Below are positions 29,801 to 45,400 of a DNA stretch of 64,000 bases, one piece after another (the stretch's first letter is position 1; each line of letters starts with the position of its first letter). The notes below the pieces were generated by a model. It searched no databases. It was given only the letters and a program-made list of their open reading frames with translations, and was not told the DNA's origin. A program made the position numbers and the translations under genes. The DNA is taken from assembly GCF_009914755.1 (NCBI RefSeq), contig NC_060939.1, one strand, 5' to 3'. The DNA is from the human T2T-CHM13v2.0 reference genome, Homo sapiens.

Positions 29801-31330
29801 TCCATTCGAGTCAATTCCATTCCATTCGATGTCTTTCCATAACGATCCATTCCATTCTATTCCTTTCGATTCCATTCCATTCTATTTCATTCCATTCGAT
29901 TCCCTTCCATTGGACTCCTTTCCATTCGAGTGCATTCCATTCCTTTCCATTTCTTTCCGTTCTGTACGATTCCTACCGTTCGATTTCATTTTGTTCCAGT
30001 CCATTCCTTTCGCGTCCATTCCATTCTATTTCACTCCATTCGATTCCATTCCACTCGATTCCACTTCGTTCCATTTCATTGCATTAAATTCTATTCAACT
30101 CTATTGCCTTCCATTCCATTCCATTCGATTACATTCCATGCGATTCCATTCGAAATCGAAGCAATTACATTGCAATCCATTACTATTGAGTCCGTTTTAT
30201 TCCAGTCCACTGCATTCTGGTCCATTCCATTTGATTCCATTCCATTCTATTCCATTCCATACAGTTGCATTCCATTGGATTCCATGCTATATCTATAAAT
30301 TCAATTCGAGACCATTGCTTTTGAGTCCATTCTATATGATTCCATTCCATTCAAGTCCATTACATTTGGTTCAATTCCATTCCATTCCATTCCCTTCCAT
30401 TCCATTCCAGTTGATATCAATCCATTCGATTCCATTCCATTCGAGCACATTCCATTCGAGTCCATTCCATTCGATGCCATTCCATTTGATTCTATTCCAT
30501 TAGTCTCCATTCAATTCCATTAATCTCCATTCCATTCCATTCTACTCCAACTGATTCCATTCCATTCTATTCCTTTCCATTCCATTTCATTCCATTCCAT
30601 TCCATTTCATTCCATTCCATTCCATTCGTGTCCATTCCACTCCAGTCCATTCCATTCGTGTCCATTCCATTCCAGTCCATTCCATTTGTGTCCCTTGCAT
30701 TCCATTACACTCCATTCCATATTATTCCATTACACTCCATTGAATTCTATTACTTTCATTTCCATTCAATTCCATTCCATTTGATTCCATTCCACTCGGT
30801 TTCATTCCATTTGAGTCCACTCCATTCCATTCCATTCCATTCCATTCAGTTCCATTCCATTCTATTCCATTCCATTCCGTTCCATTACATTCCATTCCAT
30901 TCGGTACCATTCCATATTGTTCCATTCGATTCCATTCGAATCCATTCCATTCCAGTCCATTCCATTCGATTCCATTCCATTCATTTCAATTCCATTCCAT
31001 TCCATTCCATTACATTCCACTTGATTCCTCTCCATTCCCTTCCACTGCATTCCGTTCGATTCCATTCCATTGCATTGCATTCCATTCCATTGGATTGCAT
31101 TCCATTCGATTCCATTCCATTCGAATCAATTACATAGCAATCCATTACATTCGAGTCTATTCTATTCCGTTCCATTCGATTTCGTTCCAATCCATTCGAT
31201 TCCATTCCATTCGATTCCATTCCATACTATTGCATTCCATTCGATGACATTATATTCGAATAAGTTCCATTCAAGACCATTTCTTTTGAGTCCATTCTAT
31301 TTGAGTCCATTCCCTTTGATTCCATAACAT

Positions 31331-34300
31331 TTGAGTCCATTCAATTCCATTCCTTTCGTTTCCATTCCATTTGATGCCATTCCATTCAATTCTGTTCTAC
31401 TCGACTCCAATACATTCAATTCCATTCCATCCGATTCCATTACATTCTTTTCATTTCTTATCCATTTCAAGCCATTCCACTCCATTCCATTCCACTCGTT
31501 TCCTTTCCATTCGAGTCCATTCCTCTCCAGTCCATTCCGTTCAATCCATTCCATTCCAGTCCATTCCATTCGAGTCCGTTCCATTCCAGTCCATTCCTTT
31601 CGAGTCAATTCCATCCCATTCGATGTCTTTCCATAACGATCCATTCCATTCTATTCCTTTCGATTCCATTCCATTCTATTTCATTCCATTCGATTCCCTT
31701 CCATTGGACTCCTTTCCATTCGAGTGCATTCCATTCCGTTCCATTTCTTTCCGTTCTGTACGATTCCTACCGTTCGATTTCATTTTGTTCCAGTCCATTC
31801 ATTTCGCGTCCATTCCATTCCATTTCACTCCATTCGATTCCATTCCACTCGATTCCACTTCGTTCCATTTCATTGCATTCCATTCTATTCAACTCTATTG
31901 CCTTCCATTCCATTCCATTCGATTACATTCCATGCGATTCCATTCGAAATCGAATCAATTACATTGCAATCCATTACTATTGAGTCCGTTTTATTCCAGT
32001 CCACTGCATTCTGGTCCATTCCATTTGATTCCATTCCATTCTATTCCATTCCATACAGTTGCATTCCATTGGATTCCATGCTATATCTATAAATTCAATT
32101 CGAGACCATTGCTTTTGAGTCCATTCTATATGATTCCATTCCATTCAAGTCCATTACATTTGGTTCAATTCCATTCCATTCCATTCCCTTCCATTCCATT
32201 CCATTTGATATCAATCCATTCGATTCCATTCCATTCGAGCACATTCCATTCGAGTCCATTCCATTCGATGCCATTCCATTTGATTCTATTCCATTAGTCT
32301 CCATTCAATTCCATTAATCTCCATTCCATTCCATTCTACTCCAACTGATTCCATTCCATTCTATTCCTTTCCATTCCATTCCATTCCATTCCATTCCGTT
32401 TCATTCCATTCCATTCCATTCGTGTCCATTCCACTCCAGTCCATTCCATTCGTGTCCATTCCATTCCAGTCCATTCCATTTGTGTCCACTGCATTCCATT
32501 CCACTCCATTCCATATTATTCCATTACACTCCATTCCATTCTATTACTTTCATTTCCATTCAATTCCATTCCATTTGATTCCATTCCACTCGGTTTCATT
32601 CCATTTGAGTCCACTCCATTCCATTCCATTCCATTCCATTCAGTTCCATTCCATTATGTTCCATTCCATTCCGTTCCATTACATTCCATTCCATTCGGTA
32701 CCATTCCATATTGTTCCATTCGATTCCATTCGAATCCATTCCATTCCAGTCCATTCCATTCGATTCCATTCCATTCATTTCAATTCCATTCCATTCCATT
32801 CCATTACATTCCACTTGATTCCTCTCCATTCCCTTCCACTGCATTCCGTTCGATTCCATTCCATTGCATTGCATTCCATTCCATTGGATTGCATTCCATT
32901 CGATTCCATTCCATTCGAATCAATTACATAGCAATCCATTACATTCGAGTCTATTCTATTCCGTTCCATTCGATTTCGTTCCAATCCATTCGATTCCATT
33001 CCATTCGATTCCATTCCATACTATTGCATTCCATTCGATTACATTATATTCGAATAAGTTCCATTCAAGACCATTTCTTTTGAGTCCATTCTATTTGAGT
33101 CCATTCCCTTTGATTCCATAACATTTGAGTCCATTCAATTCCATTCCTTTCGTTTCCATTCCATTTGATGCCATTCCATTCAATTCTGTTCTACTCGACT
33201 CCAATACATTCAATTCCATTCCATCCGATTCCATTACATTCTTTTCATTTCTTATCCATTTCAAGCCATTCCACTCCATTCCATTCCACTCGTTTCCTTT
33301 CCATTCGAGTCCATTCCTCTCCAGTCCATTCCGTTCAATCCATTCCATTCCAGTCCATTCCATTCGAGTCCGTTCCATTCCAGTCCATTCCATTCGAGTC
33401 AACTCCATTCCATTCGATGTCTTTCCATAACGATCCATTCCATTCTATTCCTTTCGATTCCATTCCATTCTATTTCATTCCATTCGATTCCCTTCCATTG
33501 GACTCCTTTCCATTCGAGTGCATTCCATTCCTTTCCATTTCTTTCCGTTCTGTACGATTCCTACCGTTCGATTTCATTTTGTTCCAGTCCATTCCTTTCG
33601 CGTCCATTCCATTCCATTTCACTCCATTCGATTCCATTCCACTCGATTCCACTTCGTTCCATTTCATTGCATTCCATTCTATTCAACTCTATTGCCTTCC
33701 ATTCCATTCCATTCGATTACATTCCATGCGATTCCATTCGAAATCGAATCAATTACATTGCAATCCATTACTATTGAGTCCGTTTTATTCCAGTCCACTG
33801 CATTCTGGTCCATTCCATTTGATTCCATTCCATTCTATTCCATTCCATACAGTTGCATTCCATTGGATTCCATGCTATATCTATAAACTCAATTCGAGAC
33901 CATTGCTTTTGAGTCCATTCTATATGATTCCATTCCATTCAAGTCCATTACATTTGGTTCAATTCCATTCCATTCCATTCCCTTCCATTCCATTCCAGTT
34001 GATATCAATCCATTCGATTCCATTCCATTCGAGCACATTCCATTCGAGTCCATTCCATTCGATGCCATTCCATTTGATTCTATTCCATTAGTCTCCATTC
34101 AATTCCATTAATCTCCATTCCATTCCATTCTACTCCAACTGATTCCATTCCATTCTATTCCTTTCCATTCCATTTCATTCCATTCCATTCCATTTCATTC
34201 CATTCCATTCCATTCGTGTCCATTCCACTCCAGTCCATTCCATTCGTGTCCATTCCATTCCAGTCCATTCCATTTGTGTCCCCTGCATTCCATTACACTC

Positions 34301-37300
34301 CATTCCATATTATTCCATTACACTCCATTCCATTCTATTACTTTCATTTCCATTCAATTCCATTCCATTTGATTCCATTCCACTCGGTTTCATTCCATTT
34401 GAGTCCACTCCTTTCCATTCCATTCCATTCCATTCAGTTCCATTCCATTCTGTTCCATTCCATTCCGTTCCATTGCATTCCATTCCATTCGGTACCATTC
34501 CATATTGTTCCATTCGATTCCATTCGAATCCATTCCATTCCAGTCCATTCCATTCGATTCCATTCCATTCCTTTCAATTCCATTCCATTCCATTCCATTC
34601 CACTTGATTCCACTCCATTCCCTTCCACTGCATTCCATTCGATTCCATTCCATTGCATTGCATTCCATTCCATTGGACTGCATTCCATTCGATTCCATTC
34701 CATTCGAATCAATTACATAGCAATCCATTACATTCGAGTCTATTCTATTCCGTTCCATTCGATTTCGTTCCAATCCATTCGATTCCATTCCATTCGATTC
34801 CATTCCATACTATTGCATTCCATTCGATTACATTATATTCGAATAAGTTCCATTCAAGACCATTTCTTTTGAGTCCATTCTATTTGAGTCCATTCCCTTT
34901 GATTCCATAACATTTGAGTCCATTCAATTCCATTCCTTTCGTTTCCATTCCATTTGATGCCATTCCATTCAATTCTGTTCTACTCGACTCCAATACATTC
35001 AATTCCATTCCATCCGATTCCATTACATTCTTTTCATTTCTTATCCATTTCAAGCCATTCCACTCCATTCCATTCCACTCGTTTCCTTTCCATTCGAGTC
35101 CATTCCTCTCCAGTCCATTCCGTTCAATCCATTCCATTCCAGTCCATTCCATTCGAGTCCGTTCCATTCCAGTCCATTCCTTTCGAGTCAATTCCATCCC
35201 ATTCGATGTCTTTCCATAACGATCCATTCCATTCTATTCCTTTCGATTCCATTCCATTCTATTTCATTCCATTCGATTCCCTTCCATTGGACTCCTTTCC
35301 ATTCGAGTGCATTCCATTCCGTTCCATTTCTTTCCGTTCTGTACGATTCCTACCGTTCGATTTCATTTTGTTCCAGTCCATTCATTTCGCGTCCATTCCA
35401 TTCCATTTCACTCCATTCGATTCCATTCCACTCGATTCCACTTCGTTCCATTTCATTGCATTCCATTCTATTCAACTCTATTGCCTTCCATTCCATTCCA
35501 TTCGATTACATTCCATGCGATTCCATTCGAAATCGAATCAATTACATTGCAATCCATTACTATTGAGTCCGTTTTATTCCAGTCCACTGCATTCTGGTCC
35601 ATTCCATTTGATTCCATTCCATTCTATTCCATTCCATACAGTTGCATTCCATTGGATTCCATGCTATATCTATAAATTCAATTCGAGACCATTGCTTTTG
35701 AGTCCATTCTATATGATTCCATTCCATTCAAGTCCATTACATTTGGTTCAATTCCATTCCATTCCATTCCCTTCCATTCCATTCCATTTGATATCAATCC
35801 ATTCGATTCCATTCCATTCGAGCACATTCCATTCGAGTCCATTCCATTCGATGCCATTCCATTTGATTCTATTCCATTAGTCTCCATTCAATTCCATTAA
35901 TCTCCATTCCATTCCATTCTACTCCAACTGATTCCATTCCATTCTATTCCTTTCCATTCCATTCCATTCCATTCCATTCCGTTTCATTCCATTCCATTCC
36001 ATTCGTGTCCATTCCACTCCAGTCCATTCCATTCGTGTCCATTCCATTCCAGTCCATTCCATTTGTGTCCACTGCATTCCATTCCACTCCATTCCATATT
36101 ATTCCATTACACTCCATTCCATTCTATTACTTTCATTTCCATTCAATTCCATTCCATTTGATTCCATTCCACTCGGTTTCATTCCATTTGAGTCCACTCC
36201 ATTCCATTCCATTCCATTCCATTCAGTTCCATTCCATTATGTTCCATTCCATTCCGTTCCATTACATTCCATTCCATTCGGTACCATTCCATATTGTTCC
36301 ATTCGATTCCATTCGAATCCATTCCATTCCAGTCCATTCCATTCGATTCCATTCCATTCATTTCAATTCCATTCCATTCCATTCCATTACATTCCACTTG
36401 ATTCCTCTCCATTCCCTTCCACTGCATTCCGTTCGATTCCATTCCATTGCATTGCATTCCATTCCATTGGATTGCATTCCATTCGATTCCATTCCATTCG
36501 AATCAATTACATAGCAATCCATTACATTCGAGTCTATTCTATTCCGTTCCATTCGATTTCGTTCCAATCCATTCGATTCCATTCCATTCGATTCCATTCC
36601 ATACTATTGCATTCCATTCGATTACATTATATTCGAATAAGTTCCATTCAAGACCATTTCTTTTGAGTCCATTCTATTTGAGTCCATTCCCTTTGATTCC
36701 ATAACATTTGAGTCCATTCAATTCCATTCCTTTCGTTTCCATTCCATTTGATGCCATTCCATTCAATTCTGTTCTACTCGACTCCAATACATTCAATTCC
36801 ATTCCATCCGATTCCATTACATTCTTTTCATTTCTTATCCATTTCAAGCCATTCCACTCCATTCCATTCCACTCGTTTCCTTTCCATTCGAGTCCATTCC
36901 TCTCCAGTCCATTCCGTTCAATCCATTCCATTCCAGTCCATTCCATTCGAGTCCGTTCCATTCCAGTCCATTCCATTCGAGTCAACTCCATTCCATTCGA
37001 TGTCTTTCCATAACGATCCATTCCATTCTATTCCTTTCGATTCCATTCCATTCTATTTCATTCCATTCGATTCCCTTCCATTGGACTCCTTTCCATTCGA
37101 GTGCATTCCATTCCTTTCCATTTCTTTCCGTTCTGTACGATTCCTACCGTTCGATTTCATTTTGTTCCAGTCCATTCCTTTCGCGTCCATTCCATTCCAT
37201 TTCACTCCATTCGATTCCATTCCACTCGATTCCACTTCGTTCCATTTCATTGCATTCCATTCTATTCAACTCTATTGCCTTCCATTCCATTCCATTCGAT

Positions 37301-38496
37301 TACATTCCATGCGATTCCATTCGAAATCGAATCAATTACATTGCAATCCATTACTATTGAGTCCGTTTTATTCCAGTCCACTGCATTCTGGTCCATTCCA
37401 TTTGATTCCATTCCATTCTATTCCATTCCATACAGTTGCATTCCATTGGATTCCATGCTATATCTATAAACTCAATTCGAGACCATTGCTTTTGAGTCCA
37501 TTCTATATGATTCCATTCCATTCAAGTCCATTACATTTGGTTCAATTCCATTCCATTCCATTCCCTTCCATTCCATTCCAGTTGATATCAATCCATTCGA
37601 TTCCATTCCATTCGAGCACATTCCATTCGAGTCCATTCCATTCGATGCCATTCCATTTGATTCTATTCCATTAGTCTCCATTCAATTCCATTAATCTCCA
37701 TTCCATTCCATTCTACTCCAACTGATTCCATTCCATTCTATTCCTTTCCATTCCATTTCATTCCATTCCATTCCATTTCATTCCATTCCATTCCATTCGT
37801 GTCCATTCCACTCCAGTCCATTCCATTCGTGTCCATTCCATTCCAGTCCATTCCATTTGTGTCCCCTGCATTCCATTACACTCCATTCCATATTATTCCA
37901 TTACACTCCATTCCATTCTATTACTTTCATTTCCATTCAATTCCATTCCATTTGATTCCATTCCACTCGGTTTCATTCCATTTGAGTCCACTCCTTTCCA
38001 TTCCATTCCATTCCATTCAGTTCCATTCCATTCTGTTCCATTCCATTCCGTTCCATTGCATTCCATTCCATTCGGTACCATTCCATATTGTTCCATTCGA
38101 TTCCATTCGAATCCATTCCATTCCAGTCCATTCCATTCGATTCCATTCCATTCCTTTCAATTCCATTCCATTCCATTCCATTCCACTTGATTCCACTCCA
38201 TTCCCTTCCACTGCATTCCATTCGATTCCATTCCATTGCATTGCATTCCATTCCATTGGACTGCATTCCATTCGATTCCATTCCATTCGAATCAATTACA
38301 TAGCAATCCATTACATTCGAGTCTATTCTATTCCGTTCCATTCGATTTCGTTCCAATCCATTCGATTCCATTCCATTCGATTCCATTCCATACTATTGCA
38401 TTCCATTCGATTACATTATATTCGAATAAGTTCCATTCAAGACCATTTCTTTTGAGTCCATTCTATTTGAGTCCATTCCCTTTGATTCCATAACAT
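31331..38496 (+). repeat. Dimeric higher-order repeat, 2 near-identical copies (3583 bp)
   Basis: Markers ccattcctttcgagtc (~31591/~35174), ccattatgtt (32651/36234), ataaactcaa (~33883/~37466) and cactcctttcc (~34406/~37989) recur at +3583, and the ORF translations of the two copies are identical. Confidence 0.92.
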
Positions 38497-41400
38497 TTGA
38501 GTCCATTCAATTCCATTCCTTTCGTTTCCATTCCATTTGATGCCATTCCATTCAATTCTGTTCTACTCGACTCCAATACATTCAATTCCATTCCATCCGA
38601 TTCCATTACATTCTTTTCATTTCTTATCCATTTCAAGCCATTCCACTCCACTCCATTCCACTCGTTTCCTTTCCATTCGAGTCCATTCCTCTCCAGTCCA
38701 TTCCGTTCAATCCATTCCATTCCAGTCCATTCCATTCGAGTCCGTTCCATTCCAGTCCATTCCATTCGAGTCAATTCCATTCCATTCGATGTCTTTCCAT
38801 AACGATCCATTCCATTCTATTCCTTTCGATTCCATTCCATTCTATTTCATTCCATTCGATTCCCTTCCATTGGACTCCTTTCCATTCGAGTGCATTCCAT
38901 TCCGTTCCATTTCTTTCCGTTCTGTACGATTCCTACCGTTCGATTTCATTTTGTTCCAGTCCATTCCTTTCGCGTCCATTCCATTCCATTTCACTCCATT
39001 CGATTCCATTCCACTCGATTCCACTTCGTTCCATTTCATTGCATTCCATTCTATTCAACTCTATTGCCTTCCATTCCATTCCATTCGATTACATTCCATG
39101 CGATTCCATTCAAAATCGAATCAATTACATTGCAATCCATTACTATTGAGTCCGTTTTATTCCAGTCCACTGCATTCTGGTCCATTCCATTTGATTCCAT
39201 TCCATTTTATTCCATTCCATACAGTTGCATTCCATTGGATTCCATGCTATATCTATAAATTCAATTCGAGACCATTGCTTTTGAGTCCATTCTATATGTT
39301 TCCATTCCATTCAAGTCCATTACTTTTGGTTCAATTCCATTCCATTCCATTCCCTTCCATTCCATTCCAGTTGATATCAATCCATTCGATTCCATTCCAT
39401 TCGAGCACATTCCATTCGAGTCCATTCCATTCGATGCCATTCCATTTGATTCTATTCCATTAGTCTCCATTCAATTCCATTAATCTCCATTCCATTCCAT
39501 TCTACTCCAACTGATTCCATTCCATTCTATTCCTTTCCATTCCATTTCATTCCATTCCATTCCATTTCATTCCATTCCATTCCATTCGCTTCCATTCCAT
39601 TCGTATCCATTCCACTCCAGTCCATTCCATTCGTGTCCATTCCATTCCAGTCCATTCCATTTGTGTCCACTGCATTCCATTCCACTCCATTCCATGTTAT
39701 TCCAGTACACTCCATTCCATTCTATTACTTTCATTTCCATTCAATTCCATTCCATTTGATTCCATTCCACTCGGTTTCATTCAATTTGAATCCACTCCAT
39801 TCTATTCCATTCCATTCCATTCAGTTCCATTCTATTCTGTTCTATTCCATTCCGTTCCATTGCATTCCATTCCATTCGGTACCTTTCCATATTGTTCCAT
39901 TCGATTCCATTCGAATCCATTCCATTCCAGTCCATTCCATTCGATTCCATTCCATTCCTTTCAATTCCATTCCATTCCATTCCACTTGATTCCACTCCAT
40001 TCCCTTCCACTGCATTCCATTCGATTCCATTCCATTGCATTGCGTTCCATTCCATTGGACTGCATTCCATTCGATTCCATTCCATTCGAATCAATTACAT
40101 AGCAATCCATTACATTCGAGTCTATTCTATTCCGTTCCATTCGATTTCATTCCAATCCATTCGATTCCATTCCATTCGATTCCATTCCATACTATTGCAT
40201 TCCATTTGATTACATTATATTCGAATAAGTTCCATTCAAGACCATTTCTTTTGAGTCCATTCTATTTGAGTCCATTCCCTTTGATTCCATAACATTTGAG
40301 TCCATTCAATTCCATTCCTTTCGTTTCCATTCCATTTGATGCCATTCCATTCAATTCTGTTCTACTCGACTCCAATACATTCAATTCCATTCCATCCGAT
40401 TCCATTACATTCTTTTCATTTCTTATCCATTTCAAGCCATTCCACTCCATTCCATTCCACTCGTTTCCTTTCCATTCGAGTCCATTCCTCTCCAGTCCAT
40501 TCCGTTCAATCCATTCCATTCCAGTCCATTCCATTCGAGTCCGTTCCATTCCAGTCCATTCCATTCGAGTCAATTCCATTCCATTCGATGTCTTTCCATA
40601 ACGATCCATTCCATTCTATTCCTTTCGATTCCATTCCATTCTATTTCATTCCATTCGATTCCCTTCCATTGGACTCCTTTCCATTCGAGTGCATTCCATT
40701 CCTTTCCATTTCTTTCCGTTCTGTACGATTCCTACCGTTCGATTTCATTTTGTTCCAGTCCATTCCTTTCGCGTCCATTCCATTCCATTTCACTCCATTC
40801 GATTCCATTCCACTCGATTCCACTTCGTTCCATTTCATTGCATTCCATTCTATTCAACTCTATTGCCTTCCATTCCATTCCATTCGATTACATTCCATGC
40901 GATTCCATTCGAAATCGAAGCAATTACATTGCAATCCATTACTATTGAGTCCGTTTTATTCCAGTCCACTGCATTCTGGTCCATTCCATTTGATTCCATT
41001 CCATTCTATTCCATTCCATACAGTTGCATTCCATTGGATTCCATGCTATATCTATAAATTCAATTCGAGACCATTGCTTTTGAGTCCATTCTATATGATT
41101 CCATTCCATTCAAGTCCATTACATTTGGTTCAATTCCATTCCATTCCATTCCCTTCCATTCCATTCCAGTTGATATCAATCCATTCGATTCCATTCCATT
41201 CGAGCACATTCCATTCGAGTCCATTCCATTCGATGCCATTCCATTTGATTCTATTCCATTAGTCTCCATTCAATTCCATTAATCTCCATTCCATTCCATT
41301 CTACTCCAACTGATTCCATTCCATTCTATTCCTTTCCATTCCATTTCATTCCATTCCATTCCATTTCATTCCATTCCATTCCATTCGTGTCCATTCCACT

Positions 41401-42499
41401 CCAGTCCATTCCATTCGTGTCCATTCCATTCCAGTCCATTCCATTTGTGTCCCCTGCATTCCATTACACTCCATTCCATATTATTCCATTACACTCCATT
41501 CAATTCTATTACTTTCATTTCCATTCAATTCCATTCCATTTGATTCCATTCCACTCGGTTTCATTCCATTTGAGTCCACTCCATTCCATTCCATTCCATT
41601 TCATTCAGTTCCATTCCATTCTATTCCATTCCATTCCGTTCCATTACATTCCATTCCATTCGGTACCATTCCATATTGTTCCATTCGATTCCATTCGAAT
41701 CCATTCCATTCCAGTCCATTCCATTCGATTCCATTCCATTCATTTCAATTCCATTCCATTCCATTCCATTCCATTCCACTTGATTCCACTCCATTCCCTT
41801 CCACTGCATTCCATTCGATTCCGTTCCATTGCATTGCGTTCCATTCCATTGGACTGCATTCCATTCGATTCCATTCCATTCGAATCAGTTACATAGCAAT
41901 CCATTACATTCGAGTCTATTCTATTCCGTTCCATTCGATTTCATTCCAATCCATTCGATTCCATTCCATTCGATTCCATTCCATACTATTGCATTCCATT
42001 CGATTACATTATATTCGAATAAGTTCCATTCAAGACCATTTCTTTTGATTCCATTCTATTTGAGTCCATTCCCTTTGATTCCATAACATTTGAGTCCATT
42101 CAATTCCATTCCTTTCGTTTCCATTCCATTTGATGCCATTCCATTCAATTCTGTTCTACTCGACTCCAATACATTCAATTCCATTCCATCCGATTCCATT
42201 ACATTCTTTTCATTTCTTATCCATTTCAAGCCATTCCACTCCATTCCATTCCACTCGTTTCCTTTCCATTCGAGTCCATTCCTCTCCAGTCCATTCCGTT
42301 CAATCCATTCCATTCCAGTCCATTCCATTCAAGTCCGTTCCATTCCAGTCCATTCCATTCGAGTCAATTCCATCCCATTCGATGTCTTTCCATAACGATC
42401 CATTCCATTCTATTCCTTTCGATTCCATTCCATTCTATTTCATTCCATTCGATTCCCTTCCATTGGACTCCTTTCCATTCGAGTGCATTCCATTCCGTT

Positions 42500-45400
42500 C
42501 CATTTCTTTCCGTTCTGTACGATTCCTACCGTTCGATTTCATTTTGTTCCAGTCCATTCCTTTCGCGTCCATTCCATTCCATTTCACTCCATTCGATTCC
42601 ATTCCACTCGATTCCACTTCGTTCCATTTCATTGCATTCCATTCTATTCAACTCTATTGCCTTCCATTCCATTCCATTCGATTACATTCCATGCGATTCC
42701 ATTCGAAATCGAATCAATTACATTGCAATCCATTACTATTGAGTCCGTTTTATTCCAGTCCACTGCATTCTGGTCCATTCCATTTTATTCCATTCCATTT
42801 TATTCCATTCCATACAGTTGCATTCCATTGGATTCCATGCTATATCTATAAATTCAATTCGAGACCATTGCTTTTGAGTCCATTCTATATGTTTCCATCC
42901 CATCCAAGTCCATTACTTTTGGTTCAATTCCATTCCATTCCATTCCCTTCCATTCCATTCCAGTTGATATCAATCCATTCGATTCCATTCCATTCGAGCA
43001 CATTCCATTCGAGTCCATTCCATTCGATGCCATTCCATTTGATTCTATTCCATTAGTCTCCATTCAATTCCATTAATCTCCATTCCATTCCATTCTACTC
43101 CAACTGATTCCATTCCATTCTATTCCTTTCCATTCCATTTCATTCCATTCCATTCCATTTCATTCCATTCCATTCCATTCGCTTCCATTCCATTCGTATC
43201 CATTCCACTCCAGTCCATTCCATTCGTGTCCATTCCATTCCAGTCCATTCCATTTGTGTCCACTGCATTCCATTCCACTCCATTCCATGTTATTCCATTA
43301 CACTCCATTCCATTCTATTACTTTCATTTCCATTCAATTCCATTCCATTTGATTCCATTCCACTCGGTTTCATTCCATTTGAATCCACTCCATTCTATTC
43401 CATTCCATTCCATTCAGTTCCATTCTATTCTGTTCTATTCCATTCCGTTCCATTGCATTCCATTCCATTCGGTACCTTTCCATATTGTTCCATTCGATTC
43501 CATTCGAATCCATTCCATTCCAGTCCATTCCATTCGATTCCATTCCATTCCTTTCAATTCCATTCCATTCCATTCCATTCCACTTGATTCCACTCCATTC
43601 CCTTCCACTGCATTCCATTCGATTCCGTTCCATTGCATTGCGTTCCATTCCATTGGACTGCATTCCATTCGATTCCATTCCATTCGAATCAGTTACATAG
43701 CAATCCATTACATTCGAGTCTATTCTATTCCGTTCCATTCGATTTCATTCCAATCCATTCGATTCCATTCCATTCGATTCCATTCCATACTATTGCATTC
43801 CATTCGATTACATTATATTCGAATAAGTTCCATTCAAGACCATTTCTTTTGATTCCATTCTATTTGAGTCCATTCCCTTTGATTCCATAACATTTGAGTC
43901 CATTCAATTCCATTCCTTTCGTTTCCATTCCATTTGATGCCATTCCATTCAATTCTGTTCTACTCGACTCCAATACATTCAATTCCATTCCATCCGATTC
44001 CATTACATTCTTTTCATTTCTTATCCATTTCAAGCCATTCCACTCCATTCCATTCCACTCGTTTCCTTTCCATTCGAGTCCATTCCTCTCCAGTTCATTC
44101 CGTTCAATCCATTCCATTCCAGTCCATTCCATTCAAGTCCGTTCCATTCCAGTCCATTCCATTCGAGTCAATTCCATCCCATTCGATGTCTTTCCATAAC
44201 GATCCATTCCATTCTATTCCTTTCGATTCCATTCCATTCTATTTCATTCCATTCGATTCCCTTCCATTGGACTCCTTTCCATTCGAGTGCATTCCATTCC
44301 GTTCCATTTCTTTCCGTTCTGTACGATTCCTACCGTTCGATTTCATTTTCTTCCAGTCCATTCCTTTCGCGTCCATTCCATTCCATTTCACTCCATTCGA
44401 TTCCATTCCACTCGATTCCACTTCGTTCCATTTCATTGCATTCCATTCTATTCAACTCTATTGCCTTCCATTCCATTCCATTCGATTACATTCCATGCGA
44501 TTCCATTCGAAATCGAATCAATTACATTGCAATCCATTACTATTGAGTCCATTTTATTCCAGTCCACTGCATTCTGGTCCATTCCATTTGATTCCATTCC
44601 ATTCTTTTCCATTCCATACAGTTGCATTCCATTGGATTCCATTCTATATCTATAAATTCAATTCGAGACCATTGCTTTTGAGTCCATTCTATATGATTCC
44701 ATTCCATTCAAGTCCATTACATTTGGTTCAATTCCATTCCATTCCATTCCCTTCCATTCCATTCCAGTTGATATCAATCCATTCGATTCCATTCCATTCG
44801 AGCACATTCCATTCGAGTCCATTCCATTCGATGCCATTCCATTTGATTCTATTCCATTAGTCTCCATTCAATTCCATTAATCTCCATTCCATTCCATTCT
44901 ACTCCAACTGATTCCATTCCATTCTATTCCTTTCCATTCCATTTCATTCCATTCCATTCCATTTCATTCCATTCCATTCCATTCGCTTCCATTCCATTCG
45001 TGTCCATTCCACTCCAGTCCATTCCATTCGTGTCCATTCCATTCCAGTCCATTCCATTTGTGTCCACTGCATTCCATTCCACTCCATTCCATATTATTCC
45101 ATTACACTCCCTTCCATTCTATTACTTTCATTTCCATTCAATTCCATTCCATTTGATTCCATTCCACTCGGTTTCATTCCATTTGAGTCCACTCCGTTCC
45201 ATTCCATTCCATTCCATTCAGTTCCATTCCATTCTGTTCCATTCCATTCCGTTCCATTGCATTCCATTCCATTCGGTACCATTCCATATTGTTCCATTCG
45301 ATTCCATTCGAATCCATTCCATTCCAGTCCATTCCATTCCATTCCATTCCATTCCATTCCATTCCATTCCACTTGATTCCACTCCATTCCCTTCCACTGC

